DNA from: a virus
Taxonomy: Duplodnaviria; Caudoviricetes
IMG/VR virus record: IMGVR_UViG_3300030330_004114
Span: 1-38,622 of that record
Strand: one strand, 5' to 3'
DNA: 38,622 nucleotides
This document shows positions 17,637 to 26,574 of this stretch, one piece after another. The notes under the pieces were generated by a model. That model saw only the letters and a list, made by a program, of their open reading frames with translations. It was not told the origin of the DNA and did no database searches. The position numbers and the translations under genes are program-made. Each line of letters begins with the position of its first letter. The stretch's first letter is position 1.

Positions 17637-18517
17637 TCTTCATCCTCCATGCATAATCTATTCAGTTGGTGCGGCTTTGTCAAGCGCCAGTTGGGTGCTT
17701 TCACGATATTATCTGACGCGAGGTAGGCTCGGTAGCCATCCCACTCGCGGAGATCATAGAACCAGTCGAGTTCCTCGCGGAAGCAGTCTTCCTCACTCAC
17801 CTTGTCAAAGATTGTTGACAGGTCGAAGTGGCGTGCTGACCAGCGATCTTCTGCTGGTAGTTTCTTCAAGTCCAGCCACGTCTCATCTTCGCCCAGTGGT
17901 CCGTACTCCTTGGTCGTCAGTCTGTTGACCTCTCTGCGACACTGAATAAAGTCTTCACCTCGCATAGTAAAAGGTATTGGCAAGTTGTCTTTGACAGTTT
18001 TGCCTTCGTGAGTAAAAAAGAAATTTTTGGTTGTGTTGAACAATTGTTTTCTATGCTCTCGTAGTGTCCAGAAGTCGTAAGCGTTGTGTGGAAATGACAC
18101 AAAGTATTTCTTTGGGATGACCCACTTGGAGATCCTGAAAGAAACCCACCATGCAGAATGCATACCGAAGAGGGCAGACCACCCATAACTATCACGTCTG
18201 TCTCTGTCCTTTGGTAGAATCGGGACATAGTAAATAGGTATGTGTGTCCTGCGCTGGACAATGTGGTTGTTTATGTAGTTGTCCCAAAAGTAAACAGGAT
18301 CATACACCCACTCGCCAATGTGTTTCTTTACCAACGGAGCAAGATCATCGTTGGCTACAATCCAAATAGTAGAGCACCCTGCCATCGCACATTCAAACAC
18401 AGACTTCTGGATAAGCGTGAAGTCATTTTGAATTGGAAGCATAAAAGAATCGTATGGCAACTTGAAAGTATCGTCAAAGTTTGCCAGTGGTATGATGCCT
18501 GCTAAATGTTTTGCCAT
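17633..18517 (-). CDS. Divergent sugar-nucleotidyltransferase (GT-A)-like protein
   Basis: LAGIIPLA...MLPI...LIQKSVFECAMAGCSTIWIV follows the NTP-transferase N-terminal pattern but lacks GxGTR. Confidence 0.5.
   Translation of the reverse strand: MAKHLAGIIPLANFDDTFKLPYDSFMLPIQNDFTLIQKSVFECAMAGCSTIWIVANDDLAPLVKKHIGEWVYDPVYFWDNYINNHIVQRRTHIPIYYVPILPKDRDRRDSYGWSALFGMHSAWWVSFRISKWVIPKKYFVSFPHNAYDFWTLREHRKQLFNTTKNFFFTHEGKTVKDNLPIPFTMRGEDFIQCRREVNRLTTKEYGPLGEDETWLDLKKLPAEDRWSARHFDLSTIFDKVSEEDCFREELDWFYDLREWDGYRAYLASDNIVKAPNWRLTKPHQLNRLCMEDEE
17655..17683 (-). promoter_or_regulatory. sigma70-type promoter for dnaE, inside the upstream gene
   Basis: TTGACA-17-TAGATT about 20 nt before the dnaE start. 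Confidence 0.6.
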
Positions 18518-19392
18518 AAATGCTCTAAAATCTTTTTGTTGTTCTCGGCTACTCGCCCCAGATCTTTAACCAGATCTTCTTCCGTAATCTTCGGAACTTT
18601 GATCGTATCTGTCTCAATCCATAGCGGAGGAGATACAAGGTATTTTCTACGATCAAGCGCTTGTGTCTTGAAACTCCGGTATCGGATTGATCCGTCTGCT
18701 TGGTATCCATTTCTTGGTCCTCTCAGTCCTAAATCCTTCATTTTCTGGACGGTTGTGAGCCGCACCACGGTCTCTGAAAAATCAAAGTCATCTATCTGGT
18801 CGTCTGATAAAATTGAAACAACACAGGCGTCTTTAAAGGGGCTTTTACCATCCACTCTGGGAGTAGGATAGAACCAAATCTTGTTGCAAAATGGGTCACT
18901 ACTCTCTATCAGATCAAGATGGTGCTTTCCTCCGCGCATAAACGCCAGTGTGTCGTAGACTTGATAGTTTTTTTGTGTGTTCTCGGAGCGTAGAAGGTTG
19001 TAGGTGGCGTGCTCGTCAAAGTAATGACACACGCCGAACTCTATTGTCCTTAGTTTAGCATACTCTGAGTAACCTGTCAACTCATTTGTGTCAAGGCGAA
19101 GTGAATTGCACACGCTGGAGAAGGGAGTCAGCCCCTTCAGTCCGAGAACAAAGAACACATGCTCCCACAATGCTGTCTTAGATTGTCCTGTTTGCGTTTC
19201 ACCATCAGGTGTTGTCCACACTTGAGGTTCATTGTGAAGTCTCCAACTGGACAAGTCAACAGATGAATCGAAGTGGTCAAACTCTATTGGCTTCTCTGGT
19301 TTTGTGAAGAACACAGGGAAGTCATTGAGAGAAGCGAACAGGAGGGCACGAAGTGAGGAGCCAACTACGATTTGGTCGTAGTATGGGTTCAA
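18502..19392 (-). CDS. Hypothetical protein with a degenerate Rossmann (FAD-binding-like) N-terminus
   Basis: YDQIVVGSSLRALLFA resembles YDVIVIGGGxAGLxAA. Confidence 0.4.
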   Translation of the reverse strand: MNPYYDQIVVGSSLRALLFASLNDFPVFFTKPEKPIEFDHFDSSVDLSSWRLHNEPQVWTTPDGETQTGQSKTALWEHVFFVLGLKGLTPFSSVCNSLRLDTNELTGYSEYAKLRTIEFGVCHYFDEHATYNLLRSENTQKNYQVYDTLAFMRGGKHHLDLIESSDPFCNKIWFYPTPRVDGKSPFKDACVVSILSDDQIDDFDFSETVVRLTTVQKMKDLGLRGPRNGYQADGSIRYRSFKTQALDRRKYLVSPPLWIETDTIKVPKITEEDLVKDLGRVAENNKKILEHLWQNI

Positions 19393-20021
19393 ATGTTCTC
19401 CTTCATCTCCTTAATTACCTGCTTTGCGAGGCGTGAGATAAGAAACTTAGTGTTGTTTTGCATCTTGGCTTTGGTTTCGAGACCTTCGGCAAACTTGATG
19501 GGACGCTTGGACTTGCCAACGCGAGTCATAAACTCGCCCTCCTTGCCTCCAAGAAACTCGCCTGTCTCCTCTTCGTTACCATAGCCAGGGAACTCTGCTC
19601 TGTTTGTTCCAACAAGGAATGATTGTTCACCGCCGCGAGGCACAAATAGGAATGAATCCTGACAGAAGTGTTCTGATAGCCCAGCCATAACGTCCTTAAA
19701 TTTCGGGTCGTCTTTGAGATTGACAACGAAGAAAGAATCTTCTTTTACTTCTTTTGCTGCCTCTGTGCCAAAGTCCTCAACATAGGTGCCATCAACATCT
19801 GTTACGCCATAGCCCTTGTTTAAGAGCACAGACTTCAACTGCCTGTTGCGTTCATAGTTTTCCATAGTGTTGCTGTGATCTGGCATACACTTGGTTCTGT
19901 CCTCTGTGTTATCACGGAACGCTGTGATGAACGCTGTGTCGTGATTAAGCATGTGTTCGTAGGTGCGGCTGATAGAACTCTCTGTTAAGAATTCTTTCCA
20001 TTCTTTTACAATCTTTTTCAT
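19389..20021 (-). CDS. Hypothetical phage protein (DUF3293-like) with an N-terminal leader
   Basis: True start is probably MKKIVKEWKEFLTES (ATG 20021, GGAG SD). Pattern FITAFR...NYERNRQL...GY...DG...EDSFFV...FCQDS. Confidence 0.6.
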   Translation of the reverse strand: MKKIVKEWKEFLTESSISRTYEHMLNHDTAFITAFRDNTEDRTKCMPDHSNTMENYERNRQLKSVLLNKGYGVTDVDGTYVEDFGTEAAKEVKEDSFFVVNLKDDPKFKDVMAGLSEHFCQDSFLFVPRGGEQSFLVGTNRAEFPGYGNEEETGEFLGGKEGEFMTRVGKSKRPIKFAEGLETKAKMQNNTKFLISRLAKQVIKEMKENI

Positions 20022-20035
20022 TTGGTTCTCCGAGT

Positions 20036-20044
20036 ATAAATAGT
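20036..20044 (-). promoter_or_regulatory. Candidate late-promoter motif ACTATTTAT
   Basis: About 15 nt upstream of ATG 20021. Confidence 0.55.
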
Positions 20045-20145
20045 CACTCCTTTGGTCCAAGTCTGGATATAAACCAAAAGAAAGTGACCATACAAAAGGT
20101 CCATATTGCTGCAATAAAATATGCAAACTGGTGGTATTCAATCAT
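20044..20145 (-). CDS. Unannotated 33-aa single-pass membrane protein
   Basis: MIEYHQFAYFIAAIWTFCMVTFFWFISRLGPKE*. ATGA overlap with the upstream stop, and it exactly fills the gap. Confidence 0.65.
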   Translation of the reverse strand: MIEYHQFAYFIAAIWTFCMVTFFWFISRLGPKE

Positions 20146-20348
20146 CCTTCGTTCTCCAAAATAAGTCTATGCCGAAAGTGCCAACTGATGCCGTCGTTCC
20201 ACTGAACTTCTACACATCGTGTAAGAACATTTGGTTCAGGTTCTTCTTCAATGCTCTTGATTACTCCTGCGGCTCCACTTTCAGACAAGATTTGATCTCC
20301 GGTAGAGCCGTGGAAATGAACAAGACGAACTTTATCACCGACTTTCAT
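20142..20348 (-). CDS. Small hypothetical protein (SH3/KOW-like beta-barrel)
   Basis: MKVGDKVRL...GVI...VEVQW pattern, with ATGA overlap with thyX. Confidence 0.65.
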   Translation of the reverse strand: MKVGDKVRLVHFHGSTGDQILSESGAAGVIKSIEEEPEPNVLTRCVEVQWNDGISWHFRHRLILENEG

Positions 20349-21067
20349 TCTTCGCCTCTAATCCTACGATAAGCACCCACAGTCACAGGGAACAGATCCG
20401 TAGCAATTTCCAAGCAAGCCTCGGCAACCTTTTGGATCTCCCATTGTGCCCCTTCGTGTGTGCGAAGGTCAATGAACTTTAAGAGGTTAGACAGATTGAC
20501 TGTGCCGTAGTATTCGGTGTAGAGGTTCTGTGGTAGAACTCCACGGGCTTGTTCTCGGCAAACGCCTGCGGCAATTAAATTATCGAAAAGCGCGAGAGAG
20601 TCTTCGTGATGTTGTAAAATACGATCTGAAGCAGCATGCGGGGTTTCGTGTATCATCTCTGGATGCTTGCGCATAAGTTCCGGATTAATCAACTCTTCGG
20701 CGTTGCTTGCCTGTCGGTTGCTCTTGTGTTGTGTTCTGAACTTTTGGGGTTCGTAGAACTTGATGTTTACGTCAGTGTAGCGACGAGAAATCTCATTATA
20801 AGACCATGTTCTATGACGATGGTGCTGAGACCGAACGTACAAAGGAACACTAAACCTGAAAGTAATGAGATTGTGCTCAAGAGTAGAGGTGTGTTTATGT
20901 TTGATGAGGTAGTTGATAAGTTTTTTATCTCTTCCATCTAGTTCCTCCTTTTCTACGCCGAATGATACTCGGGCAGAATTGACGACAGTGAGGTCGTCTC
21001 CCATATGATTTACATAATCGACGCGACCAATGCCGTCGCCGTAAATGTCAATTGATTTGCTATACAT
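20345..21067 (-). CDS. thyX: Flavin-dependent thymidylate synthase
   Basis: ARVS, HTSTLEH, RHRTWSYNEISRRY, EQARGVLP, LR...AQWEI. Confidence 0.97.
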   Translation of the reverse strand: MYSKSIDIYGDGIGRVDYVNHMGDDLTVVNSARVSFGVEKEELDGRDKKLINYLIKHKHTSTLEHNLITFRFSVPLYVRSQHHRHRTWSYNEISRRYTDVNIKFYEPQKFRTQHKSNRQASNAEELINPELMRKHPEMIHETPHAASDRILQHHEDSLALFDNLIAAGVCREQARGVLPQNLYTEYYGTVNLSNLLKFIDLRTHEGAQWEIQKVAEACLEIATDLFPVTVGAYRRIRGEE

Positions 21068-21087
21068 TTGCTCTCCGTTACAATAGT

Positions 21088-21116
21088 AATGTAACAGGTC
21101 GCAGGTCAGTCGTCAA
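21088..21116 (-). promoter_or_regulatory. sigma70-type promoter
   Basis: TTGACG-17-TACATT with an extended -10 TG, overlapping the 3' end of the endolysin gene. Confidence 0.7.
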
Positions 21117-21999
21117 GTTCAGATAGCAAAGTTTTTATGTCTAGCCCTGCGCAGTCAATCTTCTTCTTATTGACGTGGTAGTGGCTGACAAATCCACGTT
21201 CCTTTCCATAAGTCCACTTCTGTTCGTAAACTGTGGAAGTCTTGCCAAACTGGTTTAGTGGGGTCTCATAAGGAACATCGCAGGCGTTATGGACTGCTGA
21301 CCAGAGGGCTTTGAGAGCATCTATCTGAACTGGGTAGAAACCCAAGAAAGGATCAAGTTCGCTAAAATGAACTCTTGCGCCCTCAACCAGAGGTCTTTCC
21401 CCAAATCCCTTGCGAACATAGGTGCTTTGATACTTTGGGTAGTAAGCGTTTGTGATCTCAACACCAACAGACTTGCGATTTACGTTGCCTGCGTGAAATG
21501 CTGCGTGTTGTAGGTCAAGGGTCTGGTAGATTGTGCCGTCATTGTCAATAAGAAAATGGACACTTATGCCACGCTTGTCAAGAACCTTTTGGCATTGTGT
21601 CGAGGACAAACAGACATCCCAATGGTTGACGAATAGTTTTACGTCGCGCTTTGGTCTGCCTGTGTAGTCATAGTAAGTGCCAGAGCGGGCAGCAAGACCG
21701 CCACGCTCTGACCATAGAACAAACTTATCCCATTTGATTGGGGTGAAGTTGCCATTGTAAACAATGTAATTTGAATAGTGTGGGTCTTGTGGTTCGTAAT
21801 CATCTATGTTTTCTTGCCTCTCGGTCCAAAGGCGACGGAACGTAGTAGGTCCACAGAGTCCATCAGCCTTCAAACCATAAGACTTTTGAAAGCGCTTGAT
21901 TGCTCTCACAAGTTTATCGTCATAATACTTTTCACCAAACCAAGTCGGATCCCAGCCAAGGCTTTGCGCCGATGATTTGTTGTAAAAGTCTTTATCCAT
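21106..21999 (-). CDS. N-acetylmuramoyl-L-alanine amidase with a peptidoglycan-binding domain (putative endolysin)
   Basis: N-terminal AIKRFQKSYGLKADGLCGPTT (PG_binding_1) and amidase_2 motifs VNHW, SVHFLID, FHAG, GVEI, SHYH, KIDC. Confidence 0.85.
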   Translation of the reverse strand: MDKDFYNKSSAQSLGWDPTWFGEKYYDDKLVRAIKRFQKSYGLKADGLCGPTTFRRLWTERQENIDDYEPQDPHYSNYIVYNGNFTPIKWDKFVLWSERGGLAARSGTYYDYTGRPKRDVKLFVNHWDVCLSSTQCQKVLDKRGISVHFLIDNDGTIYQTLDLQHAAFHAGNVNRKSVGVEITNAYYPKYQSTYVRKGFGERPLVEGARVHFSELDPFLGFYPVQIDALKALWSAVHNACDVPYETPLNQFGKTSTVYEQKWTYGKERGFVSHYHVNKKKIDCAGLDIKTLLSELDD

Positions 22000-22269
22000 C
22001 TATTCAATTACTCCTATTACATAATTCTCTAATATCAGATAGTAATTAGAATGACCAACCGTTATTTCTTGTAGCATCTTTTTGTCGATAACTATTTGGT
22101 CATCAGTATTACAACGTATAGAGACATCGTCTGAAATTGCTAGAACACCTACTACTACATAGTCCTCTGTAGGGGGTTTGTAGTCATCGGGTAGTAAAAT
22201 TCCTGTGTCTGCGGTCTCCTGTGGTGGGGAATAATCTACGAGAATATGTCGATTAACTGGTCTTAGCAC
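22000..22269 (-). CDS. groES: Co-chaperonin GroES-like
   Basis: MLRPVNRHILV, mobile loop TGILLP, VLAIS, ILENYVIGV. Confidence 0.8.
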   Translation of the reverse strand: MLRPVNRHILVDYSPPQETADTGILLPDDYKPPTEDYVVVGVLAISDDVSIRCNTDDQIVIDKKMLQEITVGHSNYYLILENYVIGVIE

Positions 22270-22492
22270 GGCTTACCTCCTGGGCTATAACCTTTTGGTG
22301 TTTCTTATATTCATCAAAGTGCATAAATATATGCGTCCTGCTATTACAATTTTTACAATACATTTGTACTGCTATATTACTTGCTGCGCTTGCTTGACCT
22401 TCGGATGCTGGCAGCCAATGACAATATTTGCAGCTACCTTGCTTGTTAGCAAGACGCAACTCCTTTTCATTAAATAAGTGGTTGAAATTCAT
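22253..22492 (-). CDS. Small hypothetical zinc-binding protein
   Basis: CKYC and CKNC pairs, GGAG SD. Confidence 0.65.
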   Translation of the reverse strand: MNFNHLFNEKELRLANKQGSCKYCHWLPASEGQASAASNIAVQMYCKNCNSRTHIFMHFDEYKKHQKVIAQEVSRAKTS

Positions 22493-22501
22493 AATTAACT
22501 C

Positions 22502-24463
22502 CTATAAAATACAACTTTCACCGTCGCAAAAACTAGTGCCTTCGCCTTCCTGTTCAGTGTTTAGACGCTGAACTGGCGTAATGTTTTTGCTCAACTCTTC
22601 GTATTGTTCTCGGGTGATTGGCTCATAAGGTGCCTGAACATAGCCGGTCTCCTCATAGCGTAAGAACGATACAGCCTTTAGTCTGGTTTCGTACATCTCA
22701 AGAGCAGTTTTAATGTCTGCTGCCTCTTCTGGTTTGAAAGTTACCGTGATAGAAACAGAGTTATCTGCCCAGTAATGCTGATACTGTGCCGCAATCTCAA
22801 GTTGTTCCCACATTGTAATCTCTCTCTTGCCCTTGACGAAATGCTCTTCGTGAACCGGGAATTCTACACACATAGTGTTTGGCGAGTAATGGTCGGGTTC
22901 GATCTTGTATCCTGCTGTCGCAAGAGCGGGAAGCATATCACTATCAGCCGCAAAACGAATGCGACGAATGTAGTATTCATCCTCGGGGTAGTGGATACCA
23001 GGGGTAGAACCGTTGAGAAGTGAAACTGTACCGGAAGGCTTAATACTTGTCATTCTTACTGACTTTGGGATACAAAGCCAATCAGAGTATTCTGCATCCA
23101 ATTCTTTTACGTGCTCATATGCATTGTCACACCACTCCATAACTTGGCGGCGACCAAACTTGTTGAAAGCCTGAACAACTCCAGACTGCGACAAGCCGAT
23201 ACGACGGTTCTTTAACATTTTAGCATTGGTCTCGGGCCAATGTGTATTGGCAAGTGTGACAGTCTTACCATAAAGATATGCAATCTTGAGTGTCGCAAGG
23301 TAATCTTCGTAAGTTTCGTGCTTCGCTGGGAAAGTCTCAACAAGACAACAAAGCTCTGCATCTTCCAACTGCTGCTCTACACAAGGGTTGAAGCCCATGA
23401 CGTTCTTGTCATCATCTTTCGGAGGGTCTGCAAAACGACCACGAGTTCTTGCGTTGTCAAGCCAGATATATCCTGGCTCTCCGTTCTTTTGTGACTGCTC
23501 TGCGTGCCAAGTATAATCCTGACCAACAAGAGCGTGGAAGGAGTTGTTAGAGCCCCAGCGGTGGTGGGCGAGTTTCTCTGAATCGTTCTTCATCTGTAGA
23601 TATTCGCGGTCCTCATGGTGACCAAGAGCCAATGCAGCAGAACGACGAACATTGCCAGCGACAACACAGCGACCGATTAGGTTCTCAGTGTCTACGATGT
23701 CAACGGAGGAGATTGGCTCCCCAATTCTGGAAGTGTAAAGTTCTGACAAATCCTTGTGTAATTCTTCAAGGGGATCGGAGCCGCTTGATGTACCACCGAA
23801 GCCATGGATAGGGGCGCCATAGGGTCGTATTGCAGAGTAATCAAATTGAGGTACTTTTGCTCCGAACAAATAGCCATTCAAAAGAATCCTCACAGAATCA
23901 ACCCAGCCTTCGCGGGAGTCTGGAATAGTGTGAGCTTCATTTACAAATTCTGGCTCTTGGATAGTGAGCGTGCCAGCGCCAAGAGTATCAAAGCCAACAC
24001 CAATGCCAAGCATGAGAGCATCCATCATCCAAGCGAAAAGATAACCACCCTTGGTGTTAAGTTCTCGTGTTGAGCGGAACGCACAATTAAATAGACCTGC
24101 GGCAGTGCGAGTATTTACAAACTTCGTGCCCATCATCCACAAGCCACGACCGGGGGGCGTCCATTTAAGAGTAAAGAGGCGTTCATATGCATCCTTGGCT
24201 GTGCGCTGTGCCTTCTGGTCATTCCATTCAAGACCGAGCCGATAGACGTGCTGTTTCTGCATCTCAAACATACCCTCGATAACACGGCGGCACGTCTGAT
24301 ACCACTCTTCAGTTCCTGTTGCGCCCTCATCAAACTCATTGAGTCTACGGGCATACGTCCGTTTAAACGTAACATAACCGAGAGGTCCCCAGGGGACTTC
24401 ACGATCCTTATATTGGTCAATAAATGTGTCTGATAACTTGAATCTACGAATGTGTGTTCTCAT
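22502..24463 (-). CDS. nrdJ: Class II (adenosylcobalamin-dependent) ribonucleotide reductase, monomeric RTPR type
   Basis: TPPGRGLW, NCAF, GNVRRSA, NPCVEQ, KPSGTVS, C-terminal CDGESC. Confidence 0.95.
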   Translation of the reverse strand: MRTHIRRFKLSDTFIDQYKDREVPWGPLGYVTFKRTYARRLNEFDEGATGTEEWYQTCRRVIEGMFEMQKQHVYRLGLEWNDQKAQRTAKDAYERLFTLKWTPPGRGLWMMGTKFVNTRTAAGLFNCAFRSTRELNTKGGYLFAWMMDALMLGIGVGFDTLGAGTLTIQEPEFVNEAHTIPDSREGWVDSVRILLNGYLFGAKVPQFDYSAIRPYGAPIHGFGGTSSGSDPLEELHKDLSELYTSRIGEPISSVDIVDTENLIGRCVVAGNVRRSAALALGHHEDREYLQMKNDSEKLAHHRWGSNNSFHALVGQDYTWHAEQSQKNGEPGYIWLDNARTRGRFADPPKDDDKNVMGFNPCVEQQLEDAELCCLVETFPAKHETYEDYLATLKIAYLYGKTVTLANTHWPETNAKMLKNRRIGLSQSGVVQAFNKFGRRQVMEWCDNAYEHVKELDAEYSDWLCIPKSVRMTSIKPSGTVSLLNGSTPGIHYPEDEYYIRRIRFAADSDMLPALATAGYKIEPDHYSPNTMCVEFPVHEEHFVKGKREITMWEQLEIAAQYQHYWADNSVSITVTFKPEEAADIKTALEMYETRLKAVSFLRYEETGYVQAPYEPITREQYEELSKNITPVQRLNTEQEGEGTSFCDGESCIL

Positions 24464-25857
24464 TTGGCTTTACTCCTTAGCTTTCTGAACTTGTCATACT
24501 TGTTTTTTAATATTTCTTTTTGTTCCTTGGCAGTTACAACAACGGGGTTGGTTGCAACTTGTGCCGCTGCACCAGCAGGAACAACTGGCTTGGGCAACAT
24601 TTTAATGCACACATTAGATGTGTCCATAAACAAATCGTACACAATGCCATCAGGTCCGTTACGATTTTTGGCAATAAACATTTTTGCTCTATTATTTTGC
24701 TTGTCTTCGATAGTACGCGAAAGCGTGCAAATAAAGTCAGCAACGAAGCACTTGTTGAACGCTTCGCTAATCTGTTCCATTGTTACAACTTCCGCATTGA
24801 GACCAGAACGGTTGGTTTGAGAGGCAGTCCAGATAGGACAGTTGAACTCATTAGAAAGTCCTCGTAGTTCCTCGTAGATTGACTCCAGTTCCGTTCTTTT
24901 TTCTTTCCGTACCACGACAGGTCTTAACAAATCTGCGTAATCTACGATAATCATACCGGGCTCTATACCCCTCTTTACTAGACGGGATAGGTGTGCCTTG
25001 ATGGTATTTGTAGACGCAGACTTGGTTGGATATTCTTTTACAATTAGAGTTCCATCAAGACCCTTGATCTCTTCAAAGATCTCATCCTTGAAGTTAGCGA
25101 GGTCAGAGAGAGGATACTTTGTGATACAAGAATCATAGCGGCAAGCAACAACTGTATCCTGTAGTTCTAGGGTATAATGAACAACAGTCTTTCCTTCCTT
25201 GATCGCTTGAGAGCCAAGATGAACAAGTGCCATAGACTTACCTGCCCCAGTTGGAGCAATCACAACACCAAGCTCATTTCTACCAAGTCCACCACTAGTG
25301 ATTGTATCAATTTCGTTCCACCCTGTTGTCACTGGCAGTCTGAACTTTGGTTTGTATCGCTCTTCAAAGTCTGCAATGAAGTCGTGACCAAAGTTGTTCT
25401 CTGAGCCTAACTTGAGAGCATCGTTGATTACCTTTGAGATCTCGTCAAACGAACAAGTCTGAAGCAGATTTACAGATTTCATCATTGCTTCTTTCAACTT
25501 TTGCTTTCGGCAGAAGTCAAGAGAGGTTTCCTTAATGTAATCTATGTCGTCTGCTATCTCATTTGTATGGACTCTCGCAAAGTAATCACGAACTTGTTGT
25601 TGTGTTACTTCGCTCTCGCGGTCAAGTTCTGTCCGCAAGATCGAAATCATAGCATTCGTGGATGGATGCTTCCCATACTTTGTTCTGTATTCCACAATCT
25701 TTGCAACAAACGCACGAAGATACTCAAGCTCTAGAAACTCAACGTCTAGAACTTCTGTGATTTGGTCTGCGAAGGGTCTGTCCTCAAATATGAGTTGAAC
25801 AAGCCCCTCTTGGAAGGATTTACCATACCTTCCAAAGTCTGCTTTGTGTGCAAGCAT
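24460..25857 (-). CDS. Replicative DNA helicase (DnaB / T4 gp41-like)
   Basis: Walker A APTGAGKS, YTLE, IIVDYAD, TASQTNR, KNRNG. Confidence 0.93.
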   Translation of the reverse strand: MLAHKADFGRYGKSFQEGLVQLIFEDRPFADQITEVLDVEFLELEYLRAFVAKIVEYRTKYGKHPSTNAMISILRTELDRESEVTQQQVRDYFARVHTNEIADDIDYIKETSLDFCRKQKLKEAMMKSVNLLQTCSFDEISKVINDALKLGSENNFGHDFIADFEERYKPKFRLPVTTGWNEIDTITSGGLGRNELGVVIAPTGAGKSMALVHLGSQAIKEGKTVVHYTLELQDTVVACRYDSCITKYPLSDLANFKDEIFEEIKGLDGTLIVKEYPTKSASTNTIKAHLSRLVKRGIEPGMIIVDYADLLRPVVVRKEKRTELESIYEELRGLSNEFNCPIWTASQTNRSGLNAEVVTMEQISEAFNKCFVADFICTLSRTIEDKQNNRAKMFIAKNRNGPDGIVYDLFMDTSNVCIKMLPKPVVPAGAAAQVATNPVVVTAKEQKEILKNKYDKFRKLRSKAK

Positions 25858-25882
25858 ATCTCTCCTAGGTCTCGCACTACTA

Positions 25883-25910
25883 AATATAACACACCTAGCT
25901 CAAAAGTCAA
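25883..25910 (-). promoter_or_regulatory. sigma70-type promoter
   Basis: TTGACT-16-TATATT with an extended -10 TG, intergenic before the helicase. Confidence 0.6.
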
Positions 25911-25956
25911 GGAGAGTTAGAAGTTTTTTTTACTCTTGACGCTGCCTAACTTTTTT

Positions 25957-26574
25957 CTACCAGTTCTTACAAGACCAGTAGCGAGCTTTCAATTTGGAGC
26001 CTGGATTATCGCAGTTGTGACGAGCACGGAAATTCTTTCTACGCCCCTTCTGCTTGCGCTTGATCTTCAACCCAGCGTCTCCATAACGGATAATCTTTTC
26101 TGTCCCGCCATCACAAGCCTTGACAACAAACTTTTTCTTGCCGTGACCTGCTTCACCCTTTCGGATGCGGCGAGGGGAATTACACTTCATCTTGTCCTTG
26201 GCGGACTTCTTCTTTTTTTCTTCGTCAAGAACAGCTTGGTATTCTTCTCTGATGACCTGTCTGACATATGATTCTGTTAATTTATCACCATCTCGGAATC
26301 TTCCATAGGGATGCGGAGCATCATCTAGTATAGAATCAACGCGTGTCATAAGACGAATAAAATCGGCGGGAGCAGGGGCAATTCCCAACTTACGCATTTT
26401 TTTGTGTCCGACCAAATCCCTTCTAAGATCCGTAGCTACGGTTTCCTCTGCTATTTCAGCAGCAAAATCTTCAATTTGTTCTGGTGATAAACTTTCATCT
26501 CCAAAAGATGTAGGACCTTTGCGGCGGAATTCTTTAATTATGAGTTTTTTCAGTTCTGTTTTAGTAAGTTTCAT
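25957..26574 (-). CDS. Hypothetical protein with a basic Cys-containing C-terminal domain, putative head-internal protein
   Basis: MKLTKTELKKLIIKE leader and RRKNFRARHNC...ARYWSC..W, a domain I recall from T4-like marine phages. Confidence 0.6.
   Translation of the reverse strand: MKLTKTELKKLIIKEFRRKGPTSFGDESLSPEQIEDFAAEIAEETVATDLRRDLVGHKKMRKLGIAPAPADFIRLMTRVDSILDDAPHPYGRFRDGDKLTESYVRQVIREEYQAVLDEEKKKKSAKDKMKCNSPRRIRKGEAGHGKKKFVVKACDGGTEKIIRYGDAGLKIKRKQKGRRKNFRARHNCDNPGSKLKARYWSCKNW

Noticed and set aside
25858-25956. tRNA or structured ncRNA in the larger intergenic gaps
   Set aside because: No cloverleaf or T-loop motif was found. The gaps are accounted for by promoters, terminators and small ORFs.
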